From an uncultured Anaerolineales bacterium (GTDB lineage: Bacteria > Chloroflexota > Anaerolineae > UBA7937), in the NCBI GenBank assembly GCA_964442805.1, contig CAYUAM010000001.1, positions 1-25,412 on the forward strand: 25,412 nt of DNA. Direction: 5' to 3'. The first letter of the stretch is position 1. Every line of letters begins with the position of its first letter. Positions 25,022-25,412 of the stretch are shown in pieces. The notes beneath the pieces are model-generated. The model ran no database searches. It was given only the letters and a program-made list of their open reading frames with translations, and was not told the DNA's origin. Position numbers and translations under genes: made by a program.

Positions 25022-25412
25022 ATACCCCTTTAGAGAGAGAGCGACAAGCCAGGTATATATACGGCGTTATTCCCCGCCTAGATAAAGAGAGCCTTGGCCC
25101 AATCGGCATCAGGGGAAATACGGTCTACCCCATCTCCCATAGGGAGTTAAGCGCCCTGGTTCACGACTGCTCGCCGGAACCGTATCGTGGAGATGAGGAG
25201 GAGGTCAAAGAATGGGTAGCGGCTCATGCCGCGGTAGTCGATGCTGCCTGGGCAGAGGCTGAAACCGTGTTGCCCATGAGTTTCGATGTCATCGTCAAGG
25301 GCGATGAGGAAAGGAGCGCTGAGGAAAACGTGCGAAAGTGGCTGGAGGAGGGGTATGCGACGCTGAAAGCCAAATTGGAGGAGTTGAGAGGTAAGGTTGA
25401 GCTGGGCGTTCA
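25018..25412 (+). CDS. gvpL: GvpL/GvpF-family protein, third paralog (3' truncated by window)
   Basis: Not in the ORF track. ATGA overlap at 25018; MNTPLERERQARYIYGVIP...LSALVHDC...AHAAVVD...VLPMSFD...LRGKVELGV. Confidence 0.88.
   Translation, partial: MNTPLERERQARYIYGVIPRLDKESLGPIGIRGNTVYPISHRELSALVHDCSPEPYRGDEEEVKEWVAAHAAVVDAAWAEAETVLPMSFDVIVKGDEERSAEENVRKWLEEGYATLKAKLEELRGKVELGV

Noticed and set aside
1-25412. CRISPR arrays, rRNA, tRNA, tmRNA, SRP, RNase P
   Set aside because: No regularly spaced repeats or diagnostic conserved motifs were seen by eye.

Overview
The window has three parts. (1) 1-4102, minus strand: a LacI-regulated Opp/Dpp-type ABC importer (LacI regulator, family-5 binding lipoprotein, first permease). 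Two CelR/CebR-like operators suggest an oligosaccharide substrate. The lipoprotein style suggests an Anaerolineae/Chloroflexota host, which is an inference. (2) 4108-7030: decayed mobile DNA (dead IS481-like element, tyrosine-recombinase remnant), then a c-di-GMP-I riboswitch and a putative antisense sRNA. (3) 7201 to the window end, plus strand: a large gas vesicle cluster (gvpA x2, gvpC, gvpN, gvpV-like, three gvpF/L, gvpG, two gvpJ-like, gvpK). It is interleaved with its own protein-remodelling genes: four alpha-crystallin/Hsp20-domain genes, a CDC48/p97-type AAA+ ATPase, DnaK, and a J-domain fused to a GvpF/L protein. It also encodes a repeated CxxC-x13-CxxC-GW zinc ribbon, a GvpJ-GRAM-GRAM fusion, and an AbrB-like putative regulator. 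The ~915-bp gap upstream of gvpA holds two promoter / structured RNA / terminator units that I cannot assign to a known RNA family. All calls come from reading the sequence by eye. No database search or folding program was run.
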